Virus record (IMG/VR): IMGVR_UViG_3300016476_001024
Span: 1-28,982 of that record
Direction: 5' to 3' (one strand)
Source: a virus
Lineage: Duplodnaviria > Caudoviricetes
Length of the DNA stretch: 28,982 bases
In this document: positions 26,831 through 28,982 of the stretch, in pieces
Numbering within the stretch: the first letter of the stretch is position 1
Layout: every line of letters starts with the position of its first letter
Made by a program: the position numbers and the translations under genes
The notes under the pieces: generated by a model
Told to the model about the DNA's origin: nothing
Databases searched by the model: none
The model's input: only the letters and a program-made list of their open reading frames with translations

Positions 26831-27035
26831 GCATAGAACTCTAATAAAATCTTTTATGGAAGCCCAACGCAAGTTTGGGCTTCTTACAAAAAAGAAATAT
26901 GTTTATTTTTGGACTATACATAATAAATACCTGCCTGTCGTAGAGTTAGAATATAGCGATGTGACAAAAGTTAAAGTATATTCAGAACGATCTGCAAATA
27001 GTATTCATAATGATTATACTAACAGGAAGAAATAA
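26742..27035 (+). CDS. Hypothetical protein
   Basis: 97-aa ORF bridging phoH and the basic-protein cluster; overlaps phoH by 89 nt, so the start is uncertain. Confidence 0.5.
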   Translation: MIRTVTIYPIVRKISSETFQALLQEPLTPEHRTLIKSFMEAQRKFGLLTKKKYVYFWTIHNKYLPVVELEYSDVTKVKVYSERSANSIHNDYTNRKK

Positions 27036-27036
27036 T

Positions 27037-27231
27037 ATGCCTATAAAGAAAGGTTCTAGCCAGAAAACTATCTCAGCAAATATTAAAGAGCTGATTAAGG
27101 ATAAACCTGGCAAAACAAGAAAAAAAGCTATTGCCAGCATAGCAGCTAAACAAGGAATAAGCAAAAAAGAAGCTGAAAGAAAACAAGCTATTGCTATTGC
27201 ACTATCCTCGGCTGGTAAATCCAAAAAATAA
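27037..27231 (+). CDS. Small Lys-rich protein
   Basis: [19 protein letters not shown]...[16 protein letters not shown]; AGGA upstream of ATG 27037, which follows the previous stop by 1 nt. Confidence 0.8.
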   Translation: MPIKKGSSQKTISANIKELIKDKPGKTRKKAIASIAAKQGISKKEAERKQAIAIALSSAGKSKK

Positions 27232-27242
27232 GGTGTTAAACT

Positions 27243-27467
27243 ATGGCAAAAGAGCCTAAATCAAAAAAACCTGGAATGAAGCTGTTAACTGGAAAAGAAC
27301 GTAGTTCTTTAGCTAAAAGAGCCGCAGCAGGTAAAGATATTGGTAAAGCAGGCAAGATGTTTTCTAGAGTAGCGGAGAGTGCGGCGGCAAAGTACGGAAG
27401 TGAGGAAGCCGGCAAACGAGTGGCTGCAGCCGCAATGTTTAAAGCTCGTGCAGCTAGGAAAAAGTAA
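27243..27467 (+). CDS. Small Lys/Ala-rich protein
   Basis: 74 aa, AAGGT RBS, very basic. Confidence 0.8.
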   Translation: MAKEPKSKKPGMKLLTGKERSSLAKRAAAGKDIGKAGKMFSRVAESAAAKYGSEEAGKRVAAAAMFKARAARKK

Positions 27468-27468
27468 A

Positions 27469-27648
27469 ATGCCCACTAAGTCAAGAGTTAACGAAGCTGG
27501 AGTATACACTAAACCAACCTTAAGAAAACAAATATTTGAACGTATTAAGGCAGGAAGTAAAGGCGGTTCTCCAGGACAATGGAGTGCTAGAAAAGCACAA
27601 TTACTAGCTGTCGAGTATAAAAAAGCTGGCGGCGGTTATAAAAAATAA
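27469..27648 (+). CDS. Small basic protein with GGxPGQWSARKAQL motif
   Basis: YTKPTLRKQIFERIKAGSKGGSPGQWSARKAQLLAVEYKKAGGGY; ATG 27469 is 1 nt after the previous stop. Confidence 0.8.
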   Translation: MPTKSRVNEAGVYTKPTLRKQIFERIKAGSKGGSPGQWSARKAQLLAVEYKKAGGGYKK

Positions 27649-27659
27649 GGAGACCTTAA

Positions 27660-27797
27660 ATGGCTAAAAAACCTATGAAAAAAGAAGAAGCTGCTAAAAA
27701 ACCTATGAAAGAAGAGGCTAGCGGGCTTACTGCTGCTCAGAAAAAATTACCTCCAGCACTTCAAGCAGCTATGCTTAAGAAAATGAAGAAAAAGTAA
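27660..27797 (+). CDS. Small Lys-rich protein (45 aa), absent from the ORF track
   Basis: AAGGAG RBS; MAKKPMKKEEAAKKPMKEEASGLTAAQKKLPPALQAAMLKKMKKK; TAATG overlap with the next gene. Confidence 0.8.
   Translation: MAKKPMKKEEAAKKPMKEEASGLTAAQKKLPPALQAAMLKKMKKK
27663..27710 (+). repeat. 18-bp direct repeat, two copies, within the 45-aa ORF
   Basis: GCTAAAAAACCTATGAAA at 27663-27680 and 27693-27710 (AKKPMK twice). Confidence 0.85.
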
Positions 27798-28054
27798 TGG
27801 CACTAAAAGCACCTCAACGATCTTTAAAAAAGTGGACTGAGCAAAAGTGGCAGTATTCTTCAGATAAAGAAGCAGATAAGCCTAAGTCAGAGAGAGGTAG
27901 GTACCTTCCTGAGAAAGCTTGGAAAGCATTGTCTAGAGGTGAAAAAGCAGCCACTAATAGGGCTAAGCGCGAAGGCACTAAAGAAGGAAAACAATTTGTT
28001 TCTCAGCCAGAAAGCGTAGCTAAAAAAGTAAAACGCTATAGGAAAATGAAATGA
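27797..28054 (+). CDS. Small basic protein (DUF5872-like from memory)
   Basis: QRSLKKWTEQKW...RYLPEKAWKALS.GEKAATNRAKR...GKQFV. Confidence 0.78.
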   Translation: MALKAPQRSLKKWTEQKWQYSSDKEADKPKSERGRYLPEKAWKALSRGEKAATNRAKREGTKEGKQFVSQPESVAKKVKRYRKMK

Positions 28055-28173
28055 CAGTAGCGCCAGCATTTCAATCAACGTTCTTAGGGCAACCTAAAAT
28101 TAAAAAGCAAAAGGCTGAACCAAAAAATGGCAACAACAAAAGACGTAAAAAGATTGCCAAGCGGAAAAATTGA
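28051..28173 (+). CDS. Possible small basic protein (40 aa), absent from the ORF track
   Basis: ATGA overlap with the previous stop; MTVAPAFQSTFLGQPKIKKQKAEPKNGNNKRRKKIAKRKN. Confidence 0.45.
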   Translation: MTVAPAFQSTFLGQPKIKKQKAEPKNGNNKRRKKIAKRKN

Positions 28174-28486
28174 GTACCGAGGTGAAACTTACCCTGGATT
28201 TAACAAACCTAAAAGAAACACCAGCTCTTCTCAGCATAAACAAGTAGTTTTGGCTAAGAAAGGTGACGAAATTAAAGTTGTAAAATTTGGACATAAAGAC
28301 TACGGACATAATTATTCTGCTGAGGCTAGAAAAAACTATCTAGAAAGAAGTGCAGGTATCAGAGATGGTTCCGGCAATCTAACAAAAGATGACAAGTTCA
28401 GTGCTAATTACTGGGCGAGAAAGAAATTATGGGCAGGTCCTGGTGGTTCTAAAGCTAATCCTAAACCTGGCGGCCCAAGAAAATAA
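28127..28486 (+). CDS. Basic hypothetical phage protein
   Basis: NKPKR...VLAKKG..VKFG...RKNY..R...SANYWARKKLW, a pattern I recognise from hypothetical viral proteins. Confidence 0.8.
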   Translation: MATTKDVKRLPSGKIEYRGETYPGFNKPKRNTSSSQHKQVVLAKKGDEIKVVKFGHKDYGHNYSAEARKNYLERSAGIRDGSGNLTKDDKFSANYWARKKLWAGPGGSKANPKPGGPRK

Positions 28487-28499
28487 CGGAGATACAACT

Positions 28500-28787
28500 A
28501 TGAGTGAAGCAAGAATGGCTCGCGCCAGCCTTAAAAAAACAATAGCCTATGCAACAGAGTTGCTTACTATGATAGGCAAAGACGACGAGTTAGAAGCCTG
28601 GATACAATCTAAAATATCTGATATGGACCATCACATAGAATCTATTTACAGCTATTATAAGTTTGGCGATGATGAAGATAATGAGTCGGAAGACAGTGAA
28701 GCTTCAGAAGAAGATTCAGACGAAGACATGGAAATGGAAGATGAAGGCCGTGTTGTTATAAATATGGACGAGTTTCCTAGACCATAA
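28500..28787 (+). CDS. Hypothetical protein with a long Asp/Glu-rich tail
   Basis: GGAG RBS before ATG 28500; helical N-domain (DDELEAWIQSKI), then DDEDNESEDSEASEEDSDEDMEMEDE. Confidence 0.8.
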   Translation: MSEARMARASLKKTIAYATELLTMIGKDDELEAWIQSKISDMDHHIESIYSYYKFGDDEDNESEDSEASEEDSDEDMEMEDEGRVVINMDEFPRP

Positions 28788-28802
28788 TAAGTCATTTTTT
28801 TA

Positions 28803-28831
28803 TTGACACTTTTCTGTATATAGAGTATATT
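28803..28831 (+). promoter_or_regulatory. Near-consensus sigma70 promoter
   Basis: TTGACA-17 bp-TATATT with T-rich upstream element. Confidence 0.78.
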
Positions 28832-28860
28832 TATAGCATCTTCAAACAGAAAGTTGTAAA

Positions 28861-28980
28861 ATGACCGAATACTTTAATAAAACTAATCGTTCTTGGCGTA
28901 TTTCTCAGTGTTGCCAGTTTTTTGACCCAAAACTTGTAAAAACTTACAATGTAGGTACAACTACTAAAACTACTGCGCTT
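28861..28980 (+). CDS. Partial CDS running off the right edge, possibly UV-damage endonuclease (UvsE-like)
   Basis: MTEYFNKTNRSWRISQCCQFFDPKLVKTYNVGTTTKTTAL; the RIxxCC...TT start loosely resembles UvsE RIGxAC. Only 40 aa visible. Confidence 0.4.
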   Translation, partial: MTEYFNKTNRSWRISQCCQFFDPKLVKTYNVGTTTKTTAL

Positions 28981-28982
28981 GG

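Noticed and set aside
24134-28309. Minus-strand ORFs at 24134, 25449, 26982, 27309, 27887 and 28100
   Set aside because: Antisense to supported plus-strand genes; their hydrophobic look follows from complementing Lys-rich codons.
27010-28499. Longer ORF-track starts at 27010, 27379 and 28389
   Set aside because: They overlap upstream genes; ATGs at 27037, 27469 and 28500 have an RBS or directly follow the previous stop.
1-28982. Stop-codon reassignment
   Set aside because: Core genes are full length in the standard code; TAG ends the helicase at 6193 and TGA/TAA end others with tight overlaps.

Overview
AT-rich, densely coding fragment of a large lytic dsDNA phage with a T5-like (Demerecviridae-type) replication module. 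Minus strand, 1-23.7 kb: PC4/D3/D5/D2-like DNA-binding proteins, DnaB-type helicase, primase, family A DNA polymerase, SF2 (D10-like) helicase, D11-like SSB and an SbcD/SbcC (D12/D13) pair. About 12 sugar-handling genes are interleaved with this core: seven glycosyltransferase-like ORFs (two GT9/heptosyltransferase-like, one of them TPR-fused), an HldE/RfaE-type heptose kinase, a cupin, an NAD-dependent epimerase and two SAM methyltransferases. A bS21 ribosomal protein gene and a cysteine-less thioredoxin-like gene head this arm. Plus strand, from 23.8 kb: an Hsp20 gene preceded by a ROSE-like RNA thermometer, a PD-(D/E)XK nuclease, PhoH, seven tiny Lys/Arg-rich ORFs followed by one very acidic protein, and the start of a possible UvsE. 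Several near-consensus sigma70 promoters and intrinsic terminators are visible. I saw no tRNA, CRISPR array, integrase or transposase. All family assignments come from motifs recognised by eye; no database search was run. The best candidate for an undescribed system is a phage-encoded heptose/glycan pathway embedded in the replication operon.
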